In this document: piece after piece, positions 12,335 through 25,890 of the stretch
How positions within the stretch are numbered: position 1 is the first letter of the stretch
How the letters are laid out: each line of letters begins with the position of its first letter
Assembly (NCBI RefSeq): GCF_964213995.1
Contig: NC_135810.1
Location: forward strand, 63,426,001-63,490,000
From: Mustelus asterias
Taxonomy: Eukaryota
DNA length: 64,000 nt
Direction of reading: 5' to 3'
Notes under the pieces: model-generated
Database searches by the model: none
What the model was told of the DNA's origin: nothing
What the model saw: only the letters and a program-made list of their open reading frames with translations
Translations under genes and position numbers: made by a program

Positions 12335-14010
12335 AGAAACATCCCCATCTTTGATGTTGGCAGAGCCCAATATGTCAGTGCAAAATCTAAGGCTGAAATA
12401 TTCCCAACTGTCTTCAATTGCTTTGTCAATAATCTTCCCTTCAACATAAGATCATAAGTGGGGATGCTTGTTGATGAATGCATCACGTTCAGTACCATTT
12501 GCAACTCTTTAGTCGCTAAAACAGTCTCTTCCTGTATGCTAGATAGCTTAGACAACATTCACTGTTTGGCTGATAAGTGGCAAGTGCAGGAATTTTCACA
12601 CCACACAAGTGCTGGGCAATGACTATCTCCAACAAGAAATAATCTAACCATCTCCCCAAGGCATTCAGTAGTAATATCATCTTTGAGTTCCACACCATCA
12701 ACATCTTGGGGGTTACGGTTGACCACAAATTGAACTGAACCAGCCCTATAAATACTGTGGCTACAAAAACAAGTCAGATGCTGGGAATTCTACAGGAAAT
12801 ATGTCATTCCCAGGCATCCCAAAATCTGTCCACTATTTACAAGTCATAAGTCAAGAGTGTGATTAAATGTTTTCCTCTTGCCTATATGAGTGCAGCCCCA
12901 ACAACACTCAAGAATCTCGATGCTAATCTTTTTTAATCCTTTCATGGGATGTAGGCATCGCTGACTAGGCCAGCATTTTTTTATTACCCATCCTAGTTGC
13001 CCTTGAGAAGGTGGTGTGCTGCCTTCTTGAACCGCTACAGTCCATGTGGTGTAGGTATATCCATTGTGCTGTTAGGAAATGAATTCCAGGAGTTTGACCC
13101 AGTCGCAGTGAAAGAATGGTGATATTTTTCCAAGTCTGGATGGTATGTGGTTTGGAGGGGAATTTGGGGATGATGGTGTCCCCATGCATCTGCTGCTCCT
13201 GTTCTTCTGGATGGTAGATGTCACAGGTGTGGAAGGTGCAGTCGAAGGTGCTGTCCATCCAGTGCATAGCAGCCCACTTGAGCAGCACCACATTCACCCC
13301 CTCTACAATTGGAGCACAGCGGTAGCCGTGTGTATTATCTACAAGCTGCGATGCAAGGACTTCAAGACTCCCTGGACAGCACCTTCCAAACCTGCGACTT
13401 CTCTCACCTGGAAGAACAAGGGCAGCAGATACATAGGAACACCACCACTTGTAAATTCTCTTCCAAGCCATTCACCATTCTGACTTGAAACTATGGCCTG
13501 AATGCTCCAGCCGTTCACGCCAGCGGGATTTTCTGGTCCCGCCGGCAGTGCACTCCTGTCCGTGGGTTTCTCACCAGCGTGGGGTGATATCAATGGGAAT
13601 TCCCATTGTCAGCGGCGGGACCAGAGAATCCCATGGCTAGCAAACAACACGCCACCTCCCGCTGGTGGGTAACAGGCTGCTGGGAGACTGGAGAATCTTG
13701 CCTATGAACGGGATATTATGTCCTCGCTTGAGTGAGGCCAGAAATTCCCACCTGAGGTCAATAGACATTTCCATTGTCCGCCCTTTGCCCGCTCCAATTC
13801 TGTGGTGGGAGGGATGGTAGAATTCCGGCGTATATCACTGTTCCTTCACCGTTGTTGAATCAAAATCATGGATCTCCCTCCTTAATGGCACTTTTGGTGT
13901 ACTTATACCACCTGACTGTAGTGGCTCAAGATGTTGGCTTGCTGGCATTCTCAGGGGCAATTGGGGATGGTTAAGAATGCTGGCCTTGCCAGCTGTGCTC
14001 ACATTCCTAG
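12335..14010 (+). mobile_element. CR1/L2-group LINE 3' region, with an inverted same-family fragment (~12935-13255) and two MITE insertions
   Basis: RT C-terminal-like segments (gacaacattc...ggctgataagtggcaag; aagtcaagagtgtgat) and a 3' tail ending gggcaattggggatggttaagaatgctggcc. The same tail occurs at 26810-26965. Confidence 0.65.
13495..13830. mobile_element. Two adjacent short Harbinger-like MITEs (13495-13702 and ~13706-13830)
   Basis: Imperfect TIRs ggcctgaatgctccag / ctggagaatcttgcc, with TAT trinucleotides at each junction. The host LINE resumes after them. Confidence 0.55.
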
Positions 14011-14140
14011 AATGAATCAAAAAGAAAATCTGCCCCCCTCTCCCTTTCCAAGACATATTAAGGGAAAAAACTGGATGTTGATGGATAGCTGTATGTGACA
14101 TTGGAACCTGCACTCCAAGTGTTAATGCCCCATAAACTAT

Positions 14141-14445
14141 GAAAGTTTATTTATTAGTCACAAATAGGCTCACATTCACACTGCAATGAAGTTACTGTGA
14201 AAATCCCCCAGTCACAACACTCCGGTGCCTGTTCAGATACACTGAGGGAGAATTTAGCATGGCCAATTCGCCTAACCTGCACATCTTTGGACTGTAGGAA
14301 GAAACTGGAACACCCGGAGGAAACTCACACAGACATGGGGAGAATGTGCAGATTCTGCACAGACAATGACCCAAGCCGGGAATCGAACCCGGGTCTCTGG
14401 CACTGTGAGGCAGCAGTGCTAACCACGGTGCCACCGTGCCACCCC
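14141..14445 (-). mobile_element. HE1/V-SINE, tail type B (AATAAATAAACTTT end)
   Basis: tRNA-derived head GGCACGGTGGCACCGTGGTTAGCACTGCTGCCTCACAG with a B-box GGTTCGATTCC and V-domain body. Confidence 0.9.
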
Positions 14446-15208
14446 ATGGTCTGAACTATGGTCTGAAGGGCAGCAGTGAAGTCCCATAGCAAGGCACATC
14501 TACATTCCCTGACAGTGGTCATCTGGTAGACAAACTTGAAAAATGGCATAAAGAGATTCAAGAGACATGCAGTTAACTGGATGAGCAAGACACAATTTCA
14601 CACTTGCCTTCTGCTCTCTCAGATTACTGCTAGTCTTCAAGCAGCACTTTCCCCTAAAGACTGCATTCACATTTCCATGCACTTCAAGAGATCACATCCA
14701 TTTTGCATGGGCTTGTGTCAAATATAACGCTCATGCTGACCCAGGAAATTCTCATGTCAATACCTTGGCAGCATCGGGGAGAACAAATCACTTTGCATTT
14801 TGTAAAAACCAGAGTAAATCTAACTCTCTCTCTCAGCAGTTGAACATCATGACTGTCACAGATCCCTGAATATCAATGAGCAATGGGACAAGAGATCCAC
14901 TTGTTAGGAATAAATTACCAAAATTTTATTGCATCTTGTGAACATGTTATTTTCCAGGAAGTATTATAATAAAATTGTTTGCATTCTGGAAAGAGGAAAA
15001 TAAAGAACATATCTACTATGTTTATATCAAACTCAAATAGACACGGATAGTGAGAGCAGATAGAGTATAATTCTTAATAACAAAAATATCAAAATGTGCA
15101 AAAATATGTGTTTCTTTGCGTTATCAACAAAGTATGCTGTCTGTTCATGACTTCTGAAATGCATCATTGTTATGACTGCTGTTTGCAGTCAACACTGTTA
15201 AAGACGGG

Positions 15209-17281
15209 AGGGGTTGGATTCTCCCAGCCTGCTGTGCTGCTTTTGGAGACTGAATCTCCAGGTCGCGAGCCTCTACTCCCCCCGCCAGGAGTGGTTCACT
15301 CCAGCGGGGTTTACTATATCTCCGCACTTGCGGAGAGCTAGCGGCTCAATCCCACTGGAGTGAAGGGGGCAATCTTAGAAACATAGAAAATAGGTGCAGG
15401 AGTAGGCCATTTGGCCCTTTGAGCCTGCACCACCATTCAATATGATCATGGCTGATCGTGCACTTTCAGTATCCCACTCACTTTCTCTCCATACCCCTTG
15501 ATCCCTTTAGCCACAAGGGCCACGTCCAGCTCCCTCTTGAACATATCTAACAAATTGGCCCCAACAGCTTTCTGTGGTAGAGAATTCCACAGATTCACAA
15601 CTCTCTGAGTGAAGAAGTTCTTCCTCATCTCAGTCCTGAATGGCTTACCCCTTATTCTTAGACTGTGACTCTTAGTTCTGCATTTCCCCAACATCAGGAA
15701 CACTCTTCCCACATCTAGCCTGTCCAGTCCCATCAGGATTTTAGATGTTTCGATAAGATCCCCTCTCATTCTTCTAAATTCCAGTGGGTACAGACCCAGT
15801 CGATCCAGTCTTTCTTCATATGTCAGTCCTGCCATTCCAGGAATCAGTCTGGTGAACCTTTGCTGGACTCCCTCAATAGCAAGAATGTCCTTCCTCAGAC
15901 TAGGAAATCAAAACTGCACACAATACTCAAGATGTGACCTCACCAAGGCCTTGTATGGCTGGAGCAAGACATTCTTACTCATATACTCAAATCCTCTTTG
16001 CTATGAAGGCCAGCATGCCATTAGCTTTCCTAACCATCTACTGTAACTGCAAGCCAATTTTCAGCAACTGTTCCACTATGACACCCAGGTCATGTTGCAC
16101 TTCCACTTTTCCTAAACTGCCACTATTCAGATAATAATTTTCCTTCCTGTTTTTGCCACCAAAGTGAATAACCTCACATTTATCCCCATTTGTCCACTCA
16201 TCCAGCCTGTCTAAGTCACCCTGCAGCCTCTTAGCATCCTCCTCACAGCACACACTGCCACCCAGCTTAGTGTTGTCTGCAAAGTTGGAGATATTGCATT
16301 CAATTCCCTTGTCCAAATCATTAATGTGTATTGTGACCAGCTGGGATCCCAGCACTGAACCCTGTGGTACCCCATTAGTCACTGCCTGCCACTCTGAAAA
16401 GGACCCATGTATTCCCACTCTCTGCTTCCTGTCTACCAACAAGTTCTCTATCCATGTCAATATATTACCCCCAATACCATGAGCTTTAATCTTGTTCACT
16501 AATTTCTTGTGTAGGACCTTGTCAAGAACCTTTTGGAAGTTCAGATACACAACGTCTACTGGTTTGAAGCCCCCCCTGGGGGATCAGAGTAAGGGGGGCC
16601 TCCTGGATTGCCACTTTAGCAGTGCCAGCCTGGCCCTTGGCAACACCCAGGGGGCACCCTGGCACTGCGCACTGGGGACTAGGCCTATAGGGGCAGGACC
16701 TCTGGGAGGACGTCAGTGGAGGTGGGGGTCCTGCTGCCACTCAGGCTGAGCGACAGAGGGAGGGAGGCCAGTGACCGGGGCTGGGCATTGTGGTTGGCTG
16801 GGGTGGGAGGGGGTGTGGTGGGGGGTGTTTGGCCTGCCAGAGGGGTTGGAGTTGCGGGGGGACAATTGGGGCTGCTGGTGTGGGAAGGGAGGGCAGGGCT
16901 GCCATTGGGGGCGGAGGGTCGGGAGATCAGGGCTGCCAGGGGCGGGGTTGGGGGTAGGGGGGGGGGGGGGGGGTGTGATCAAGGTTGGCCCGTACATGTT
17001 CGCGGGGCCAGCCAGTGATTGGGAGGTCAGCAGTGTGGGCTACTACACATGTGCCGATCTCAGCGCTGACATTTCAGCGCATGCACAGTGGCCCGCTCAG
17101 GCGCTATCCTGCCGGCCTCTCCAATGGGGATTGGCCCTGCCCACAGATTTTTGGAGTAATTTACGTTAGTGCACTCTGCAGTGCACAGTGTGGGAGATGC
17201 TCCCGCTGAAAAAAACAGCAGGATTTACTCCAGTTTTTACGTGAATTTGACACTTAGAATTTTTTAGGGAGAATCACCCCC
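15209..17281. mobile_element. Harbinger-like non-autonomous element split by a CR1 insertion
   Basis: Termini gggttggattctccc and gggagaatcacccc. The interior is homologous, in inverted orientation, to 47288-48393. Confidence 0.6.
15376..16563 (-). mobile_element. CR1 LINE, 5'-truncated (RT C-terminal half plus 3' UTR)
   Basis: [30 protein letters not shown] and LEFRRMRGDLIE motifs. (CATAGAAA) tail at 15376-15390. Confidence 0.95.
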
Positions 17282-17716
17282 AAGGTCACTGTGTTTCAGA
17301 CTTTTTTCTGACATTGGAGAAGGACACCATGAATATTGCTGACCAGATTTAAGAGAAACTGAATCTTTATCTGACAGGAACTAATCCACAAAAATTATAG
17401 GGATCTTTGTGATGACCTAAAGTAATTGTTAGACATAGTATTATAAGTACAGTTGGTGGGTCTGGATGCTTCACAATTACAACTATATAAAGTAATAATA
17501 AAGAAATAAAACTAGAGGTGAAGAAGTTATTTGCATATCACTGTCTCAGGTATTGCTACACAGACTAATGTTGATTTCCTGGGGCAGAGAGTTCCACGAG
17601 CTGCGACCTGCAGGGCCAATGTGAATTTCTCCATTGACATCATCAAAGGGCATGAAACAGGTCGTTTGTGTCGTGCTGGATAAAGTGACGTTATGAGAAT
17701 GAATATTTCACTCTTG

Positions 17717-18910
17717 GGGCCCGATTTTACCATTTTGATTCTAAGTGCTGAATCCGGATGCAATTCAGGTCTGATTTGGAAACCTGCTCTCAGGCCCCCC
17801 CATATGCACTTAGCCTGAAAAAAAAAATCGCAGGTCTGAATTGCGCCGTGGGCGGGGCTTATCGCATCCAAAACGCTGGAGTTCCGATCAGAGCTTTGAA
17901 CTGCACATGCGCAAAACAAATTTGAAAAACACACCCCTGTCACATCGCTCCTGGGCCGTAAGAAGCGGATCTAGCCCGGGATCGAAAAGCGGGAGCGATG
18001 GCCCCCACAGACATCACCCCACCCCCACAACATAACTGTCCCCCTTATCCACCCACCCCCACTGCTACCGAGACCGATTGCGACCCCTGCCCCCCTTTCC
18101 CCCCACCGATCGCCCACAGAGAGGCAGCGGACCCCTTGTCCCTGCACCCCCCCCCCCACTAGAGATCCATCTGGCCTCCCTGTCCCCCCATCAGAGAATG
18201 ATCTGGCCTCCCTCCTCCTACCCACCACCCCCAACACCAGAGATGCATCTGAACCACCTCCCTCCCCCTCCCCACCAGAGAATGATCTGGTCTCCCTCCG
18301 CCCCCCCCCCCCCCCCACCAGAGAATGATCTGGCCTCCCACCCTCCCCCACCAGAGAACGATCTGCCCTCCCCTTGCCACCCGCCCCCCTCCCCCCACCA
18401 AAGAATGATCTGGCCTCCCTCCTCCCTGGCCCCCGCCAGAGAATAATCTGGCCTGCCTCCCTCCTCCCTCCCCCCACCAGTGAACGATCTGGCATCCCTC
18501 CTCCCTCCTCCTGCCAGAGAATGATTTGGCCTTCCTTCTCCTCCCCACCTCACCAGAGAATGATCTGGCCCGCCTCCCTCTATCCCCCCCTCAACCACTG
18601 ATCTGAGTCAGAGAGCCGCTGGAAGCTCTGAACTTACCTCTTCAGAAGCTGGAGTGCCCAAAACAGACCTTTGCCGAGCATGTCTGTTTCGTGCCGAATC
18701 TGGACGCGCAACCGCAATGGTAAAGGGGGAAATGCTGGTAAAGTTGGATGGGCAGCCCATTAATTCAAATTAAATGCATGCCATTTTCGGGCCTTGGTAA
18801 AGTGGGCATCTATGCGGACGTGGGTGTGGATCGCGCTAATCGCTTCACGCCCGACTTTACCAAGTTTTCACGCCCGAAGACAGGCGCGACGCAATGGTAA
18901 AATCAGGCCC
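17717..18910. mobile_element. PIF/Harbinger-like MITE with internal minisatellite
   Basis: TIRs GGGCCCGATTTTACCAT / ATGGTAAAATCAGGCCC. 3-bp TSD TTG on both sides. Confidence 0.85.
18159..18600 (+). repeat. Minisatellite, ~11 units of CCAGAGAATGATCTGGCCTCCC plus C-rich linkers
   Basis: Direct reading; period ~32-47 bp. Confidence 0.9.
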
Positions 18911-18944
18911 TTGGTCTTCAGTGGTAGCAGGAATGAAAGCAGGG

Positions 18945-19353
18945 AAGACTTGCAGTTATGTTATGCATCCTGTAATCTCAAGATGTCCCAAAGTACTTCA
19001 GATAAAAGGAGATACTTTTGAAGTGTAATCACCATTTCAATGTCAGAAATGGAGCAGTCAGTTGCACACGGCAAGATCCCACAGACAGCATTTGATAATG
19101 CCAAATAATCCAATGTGGATGTTAGTTGAGGGCTAACTATTGAATGCTCCCCTGCTTTTCTTCAAATTTGTTCCATGGAAGAGGGTAGATGGGACCTTGG
19201 TTTGACATCTCACTCAAAAGACAGCACTTCTGACGGTGGAGCATTCCCTGGAGCGTCAACCAAGAATTTGTTCTCAAGTCCATGGAGTGTGTCTCTAATC
19301 CACAATCCTTTGATTCAGAGGCAAAGGAGCTACCACTAAGCCACAGCTGACAC
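18945..19353 (-). mobile_element. Deu-domain SINE (SacSINE1/AmnSINE1-like), old
   Basis: ggtttgacatctcactcaaaagacagcacttctgacggtggagcattccct and gcaagatcccacagacagc resemble the antisense Deu domain. A tRNA-like head lies at the right end. Confidence 0.7.
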
Positions 19354-19734
19354 CCAGACAGAAAGAAGACACAGGAAAAGCAAATGATTTAATGAAGTCA
19401 TCGGCAAAAGATTGTGCTTTGCATCAACCAGGTGGCATCACTTAGTTCTGTTTTCACAGAATCAGAATCTCTGATTCAGAGCCACTCTTCTGTGATGTTC
19501 GAGTGCAAGCAGCCAAATAGGAGCAGATGGTGACCCTAAAGCTCTTTACATGTACCACAGCAGCTCTCTTGATTCTTCTCCTGGTAAACATGTATAATTA
19601 GTAAACTATATTTGATTTCTGGATCACAGACAATGTGTAGGAAGAACAAAAAGCAAAACAGCTGGAAAAATACAGCAATTCACTCATCATACAGAAAAAA
19701 AACAGTCAACATTTCAGGTGGGGATTATTCACAG

Positions 19735-20050
19735 AATGGCTACAACACGTAAGGAGGCCATTCGTCCTGTCATGTTCTTGCTAGCTCCCTGCAAAGGCAA
19801 CTCAGCACGCCCCACTTTCTTGTTCTTTCCTCATGACCCTGAAAATCCTTTCTCCTCAGATAATTATTCATAAACACTTGTGAGAGCCCATTTGAATCTG
19901 CCTCCACCAGGCAATGAAGTCCAAACCCTAAATACTTGCTCCTTAAAAAAACTTTTCCTCTTGTCACTGTTGGATCTTTTGCCAATCACCTTTAATTGGC
20001 TCTCTATCCTCCCACTAATGGGAACAGTTTCTCTCTTTTTACTCTATCTG
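19735..20050 (-). mobile_element. Old CR1 3' end
   Basis: cacagaatgg...aggaggccattcgtcc tail and the typical CR1 3' UTR antisense pattern. Confidence 0.55.
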
Positions 20051-20350
20051 GGATGGTTAATTATATTGTTGTGTTGCTGGGTTGGAGCAGTTTCAATAAT
20101 TCTCGAATATTGCCAGCTGAAAACACCCTAACTTTATTGTAACTTATTTATAGTTATGAGAACACTGCATTCCACTAGTTTCCTTCCATGCTGCTTTCTC
20201 TGAGATTGCCAGATCATGAGTATATGTAACTTCTTTCTATGACATCAGACTATTACAATTAACCTTTCATGGCATTTAGTCTAAAATGCTTCATTATACT
20301 ACATCTCTGTTTAGATTTCAACATTCTCTGTCTTTCCTGGAAAGCCAGTG

Positions 20351-20571
20351 TGTAATGACCTCAACAAGGCCCATGAGGTTGGCCTCTTGGAGTATGAGCT
20401 CCCTGATTGAGGTAATGAATGCCTTCCCAATCAGGGAGTTTCACCTGTATATATATAGAGGAGTGTCAGGACTACTGATGCTTCAGATTCTGTACCTGAA
20501 GCACTCTTAGGAATGAAATTGAGTTTGTAAATAAAAGGAATCTGGTGAAGGGACACTGAGGAGTTATTTCA
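20351..20571 (+). mobile_element. Solo LTR (same family as 40496-45852)
   Basis: TGTAATGAC...GTTATTTCA termini, TATA and AATAAA. TSD CAGTG/CAATG (1 mismatch). Confidence 0.75.
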
Positions 20572-21249
20572 CAATGCTTCATTCTCCAGGTCATTGTGAA
20601 TATTTTAGTGTTTTGAAATCTTGCAGAAAATGTAGCCTCTTTTGCTTTGTTTTATTAATATCATTCATCTTTCTCAATATTCTAATCTTGCTCTTTCTTC
20701 TTTCTGCTTCCTCCATTCTTTCACCTTCCCTTACACTGACTAACATTGTGATGCCCTCGTTAGTCAACTATACATTGTACTCCTCTCATTGGTAGGGAAG
20801 GAGGTATTTTCATTCTGCTAATCATCCTCTAGACACTGTTGAACTGATTTCAAACTGGTAGAGGATTCAAGAACACCTGCTTCAGTGTCTTCTTCCATTT
20901 CTGATGATTCAGATTACTCTTCTCTCTCATTTTCACTCAGTTTTTCAATGGCAGTCAAAGCTCTTCTGTTTCTTCTTCCTGTGCCCTGTTCCACCTGAGC
21001 AGTGTAAGACCTCAGGTGTGATGATTGCTCTATTTCTCCAAATCTCAATAAATTTCTGGTTCAAACCTGTCCTCTCAGTTATCATGAGGATGCATGCTTG
21101 AAGATTCTGATTTTTTCACTGGCTGAATTTTAAACTGGAACGCTATACAGATAATTGTTTGCATAGAAGGGAACACTCCAGACAGACAACTTCACATTCC
21201 ACAAGGTTGGAATAAAGACAATCGACCCCCTTGGGTGTATGAAATACCC

Positions 21250-21950
21250 ATTCCCTGACTATTCACACCATGATTTTAAAAATGTTTATGAGATGAGACA
21301 TCGCATCACTAATCTGTTCTGAAATAATAACTGCAGCAGACATGAACTAATCTAGACTCTCTGGAATATACAACCAGCAAAGCATTTCAAGAGACCTCTG
21401 TCAAGCAGAAGGGAGGAAGAAGTGAAAAGGACAAAACTGTGTTGAAATAGGCTATTAGAGCTGTGTGCCTTCTCCCTCTCTCTCTTACACTCTTGAAGTA
21501 TGGCACCCAGTTGTAAAGTAACCAACCTGAGAAGAAAACTGCTGCAATCTGAAAGGTTTTAACATGTGGCAATCTGTTATACCTGACTGCATCATCTAAG
21601 CTAAATGGTCATAACATTGAATCGCCGCAGCGAGACCAATTAAGGAATGGCTAAACATCTACTTTATGCTTTTTTTCATGGACTGCAAAATTTGTAAATT
21701 TCCCTCCATCTGTACATGTGTGTGCATGTACGTTTGTGAGACCAGATGAATGTATGTGACCATATGAATGGTGTCACATTTTTCTTATTTTTCTCAGTCC
21801 GAGGATAACTTCAATAAACTTCCTTGTTCTTTGTTTAACCTAAGAAAACCTGTCCCTGTAATTCTCTACAATCTTGGCATGCAAAGAGTGGGACATTTAC
21901 AGGATTAGCAAAGTACATTCTCTCTAAATTCTTTTTAAATGTGAGCCTTG
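21250..21950 (+). mobile_element. Probable old LTR
   Basis: aataaacttccttgttctttgtttaacctaagaaaacctg is a U5-like segment with (GT)-rich U3-like sequence upstream. Boundaries are uncertain. Confidence 0.35.
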
Positions 21951-21959
21951 TTACAGTCA

Positions 21960-24450
21960 AACAAGGAATGGGCGAATAAGAGAGTCATTTCCCCTCCTCC
22001 TCCTAAACTTCTACGAGCAAATCCAAATAATTTTGCAAACTCTTGAAACTCTATATTCCTGAATTGTTGACCGTCATCTGACACTACAACATAGGAACTC
22101 CAAGGTCTGTGGAAATTTCTGTCAATGATGATATTCACTACCCTTTGATGTATGACCACGTATCTGTTTTACTTCATTCCACCTTGAGTAATAATCTCTC
22201 TATGCTCAAATAAATCCATTCCTTGTCATTCCCAAGGCTTTGTAGGAAAATAAGATGACATTCGTGGTTCTTTTGATTCCTGTCGGTGAATTGTACATCT
22301 GGATTTCATTCCTTTCATTGCCTTTGAGAGACTTGGCCATCAAACTGAATATCATGCTCCAGCTCTGCACATGGTTATACCTAAATGACCTTATGTAGGC
22401 ATTGTAAGATCTCAAGTCTCAATGATCTTGGGATTAGTATATTATCATCATGTACCAGTAAATTATCAATCGCTATCAGGTGTGCTGTTTGCTCGATATA
22501 CCCAAGTCTCAAGACAGGACTATATGGTATATATCTGGCCATTCTTTAATGCAAAATACTCTGAGTTGCTTACATTTATTTTTTGATTTTATTCCATATT
22601 TACGTATTTGTCGGTAATGTATGCACTTTGGTATAAAAAACTTCTTGACTTCTTCCACAAATTCAGTGTTGCATTTTTCTGGATTCTCTATTTCATGCAT
22701 GATAATGCTGTGCTCTGTTGTTTCCCTTGAATGTACACCATATGAGAATCAAACGCCATAAATCTTAATTTAAACTTTTGAACTGTTGACGGCATTGCTG
22801 CAAGCTCTTTCGAATTCAATAGTGTGACTGAAGGTTTATGGTCTGATTCTATTGAAATGCAAAGACCTAAGACACAGTCAGCAAATTTCTTGCATGCCCA
22901 CATGGCTGCTAATGCATCCTTTTCAATTACTACATATCCCTTCTCTGCATTTGTTAATAAACGTGATGCGTAATAGACTGGTTTGTGTTTCCCATCTCTT
23001 TTTACCCGAAAAAAGTATTGCTCCCAATCCTGTAGTGGATGTATCCTCTGCTGGGGAATTTCACAGTAACTTCATTGCAGTGTTAATGTAAGCCTTACTT
23101 GTGACTAATAAATAAACTTTAAACGTTATTATTCCAGATAAGTCCATATCGCAATGTGCTAATATTTCGGACAAACTTAGCCTTCATTTTTTTGAATGAG
23201 TTCTGATGTGCTTTTTCCCAACACCATTCATTGTCTTGGTGTAACAACTGATGTAGTAGTTTATTGAGCTCTATTAAGTTTTTTGAGAAGTGTTGCCCTT
23301 GATTCACCATTCCCATGAACCTTTGTAATTCTGTGATGTACCTTGGAGCTGGAAATTTGTCTATGACTCTGGTCTTCAGCGGATCAACCTTTGCTCCTGA
23401 CGCGCTCACAATGTGATCAAAAACACCTGATTGCTGTTTGAGAAAACTAACACTCACTGTGGATTGTCAATCTTGCCCCTTTTAGACTTCTCAGCGTTGC
23501 ACTCTCTCTCATGTCATGCCCCACTTGAGTGAACCAATGTATCAATATATCATCCATGTGACAAACAATACTGTGTAATCACTCTAAAAGTTTTGACATT
23601 GTTCTTTGAAAGATCTCTGGTGTTGATTTTATTCCAGAGGGTAAAACAGAATCTTCCAAATGAAAGGTGTGAGAAATGCTGACTCCTTTTCTAGTGGTAT
23701 TTGCCAGAATTTGCTGTTAGCATCTAATTTAGAGAATATTAAGCCCTTCCTTAATTTTGCTGAACTCTCATCTATTAATACCATAGGATAGACGTCTCTT
23801 TTCACAGCTTTGGTGTGTTGTGTGAGATCAACAAATTCTTATGGAACCATTTGGCTTTGGAACGGGTACCATCCCTGAGTGAAAACTCGCTGGCTCTTTA
23901 ATGGGTGAAATTATTCCTTGACTTGCGATTCAATGAATCTCTTTCTTTATCTTTGGAAGTAAAAGGTGTTGAATCTCTCTTGGTGTATATAAGCATTTTG
24001 GTTTTGCTTCTGCCCTTCGTGTTATGTGATATGCTATTTTTAACTCTCCCAATCCTGTAAATAACTTTGGAAATTCTGTTCTGAAGCTTCCTGATTGACC
24101 TTCACCATTCTTTATTTCTTTCATTCTGCGGATTAGATTCAATTCCATACATGGCTGTCTGCCTAAAAGTGAACAAGTCAGATCTTGAATTACATACGGT
24201 ACTTCGGTAATTACTTTCTCTCTGTGCTTTACAGTAGCTGTTAACTTTCCCAGAACCTTCAGCTCTGATCCTTCTGGTCTGTGTATCTTTTTGTAGAATG
24301 GTTGGAGAACTCTCCTGTGTAACCGTGGTTCAGCATCTGAAAGAATTGCAACTGTTTCTCCAGTATCTAATTTAAAGTGTATTCTGTGACCTTCTTTCAG
24401 GAACTCTGCATTCCAATAGTTTCTGTTTAATTCTTTAATCTCTCCTGAGA
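21960..24450 (-). pseudogene. Degenerate Gypsy pol (PR-RT-RH-IN)
   Basis: Minus strand reads FKLDTGETVAIL (PR), LDANSKFWQIPL and CHMDDILI (RT), ELQRFMGMVN, IESDHKPSVTLLN (RH) and VVSDDGQQF..EFQEFAKLFGF (IN). Many stops and frameshifts. Confidence 0.9.
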
Positions 24451-24454
24451 TGCC

Positions 24455-25118
24455 GGGTTGAATTTTGCGAGATTGACTGTCCAGCTAGCGTGAAAATGGG
24501 AGAGTTCCTGATCCGTTTTTTGGGTGAGTTTTCACGCCCAATCTTATGCACTTAGTCATTGAAAATACGGGCTAGACTGTTTCTAGCTGCTGTAGGCAGT
24601 GAGCTGGGCTTAATTTGTCAGCCAACCTGCAGAGGGCACGACTGCGCGTGTGCTGACCTCTGATGCTGCACATGCGCAAATTCAACAGCAGTTGTCCAAT
24701 GGACAGAGTAAGAGCTGTCAGGCTCCTGCTGTTACAGGCAGCCTCACAAACCCTCCCTCCCCGATCGTAATCATGTGGGCCGAAGGACGATTGCAAACCC
24801 CACACTGTCCAAAATGCAGCCCCCGCCACCTCTCCATCACCCAGGCCAATCGCATTGCAGAGTGGCAGCAGGCCGCCTCTTAACACCCTGCCCTCATAGT
24901 CCCCCATAGTCCCTGCCCCAGTAGGCATTGCCCAGGTGCCAGGCTGGCAGTGCCAATGTGCCAGGGTGGCACTGCCAGGCTGGCACTGCTCAAGGGGCAA
25001 CCCTCCATGCCTTCAGCTTCCCCAGGGCTCTCAATGGCCTCTGGTTCCACCAGCAAGGCCAACACAAACATTTCTCGTTCATGGGGAGTATGTGTTTTCC
25101 TCGCCCGGAGAGAATCTC
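24455..25118. mobile_element. Harbinger-like non-autonomous element inserted in or next to the Gypsy relic
   Basis: GC-rich, with ggcactgccagg repeats shared with 16563-16700 and 47880-48000. Degenerate TIRs. Confidence 0.55.
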
Positions 25119-25549
25119 TCTCTTTAACTGTAAAAGTTACCTTTTAGCACAAGTAATGTCAACAAGGCTTTGCACACAAACAGTCAAGACAGGAGCTGTG
25201 AAGCATATTACCTTGCCAAGTTTTTGGCTCGTTACATGTTACTGAGTTCTCACTTTACTCCCACTGCTAAATTCCTGAAAGTATGACAAACCAGTGTAAC
25301 CACAGTTACATTTTAAAAGCCATATTAATATCTTTGTAAGAGTGATTAATGTACTGAAACTGTGAACCTGCCTCTCCCAAGTTAGTTGTATCTAGCCTAA
25401 CGTACTGCTATCAAATGTGGAAGTCAGTGGGTTGAGCCAGATTTCTAATGCGCTGTAAATTTAGTTTTATCCTGCCAAACATTCTTTAAATCCTTATGTG
25501 CTGGCTTTTGTTCCACTATTAAAATATTCTGCTATTTTGTTTTCAGTCG

Positions 25550-25890
25550 GTGCTCACATTCATTCTGTTATTAACACTTGGTCTGACCAAGCTTTGTGTC
25601 TTTAACGCTATCATTATTATACCCTTTGCCTGTGTTCCATGGCATCTTTGTCATTTTATCTCCCCTGCTCTCCAAAATATCTCTGACCCTCCTTTGCTCT
25701 GCCTGCCTGCCCCCTTTTTCAATGGCATAAAACCCTCTCAGTCCTACTTCTCTACAGTTTTGAAGATGAATCATATTGGACTTGAAACACTAACTCTGTT
25801 TTTCTATCCACAGATGCTGCCAGACCTGCTGAGTGTTTCCAGCATTTTCTGTTTTTATTTCAGATCTCCAGCATCCATGGTATTTTGCTC
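25550..25890 (+). mobile_element. Penelope-like terminal-repeat fragment with decayed hammerhead core
   Basis: ttgaagatgaatcatattggacttgaaac followed by cacagatgctgccagacctgctgagtgtttccagcatttt. Confidence 0.65.

Noticed and set aside
18159-18600. CRISPR-like array (constant repeat plus variable spacers)
   Set aside because: The spacers are low-complexity C runs, the repeats are degenerate, there are no cas genes, and the array sits inside a eukaryotic MITE.
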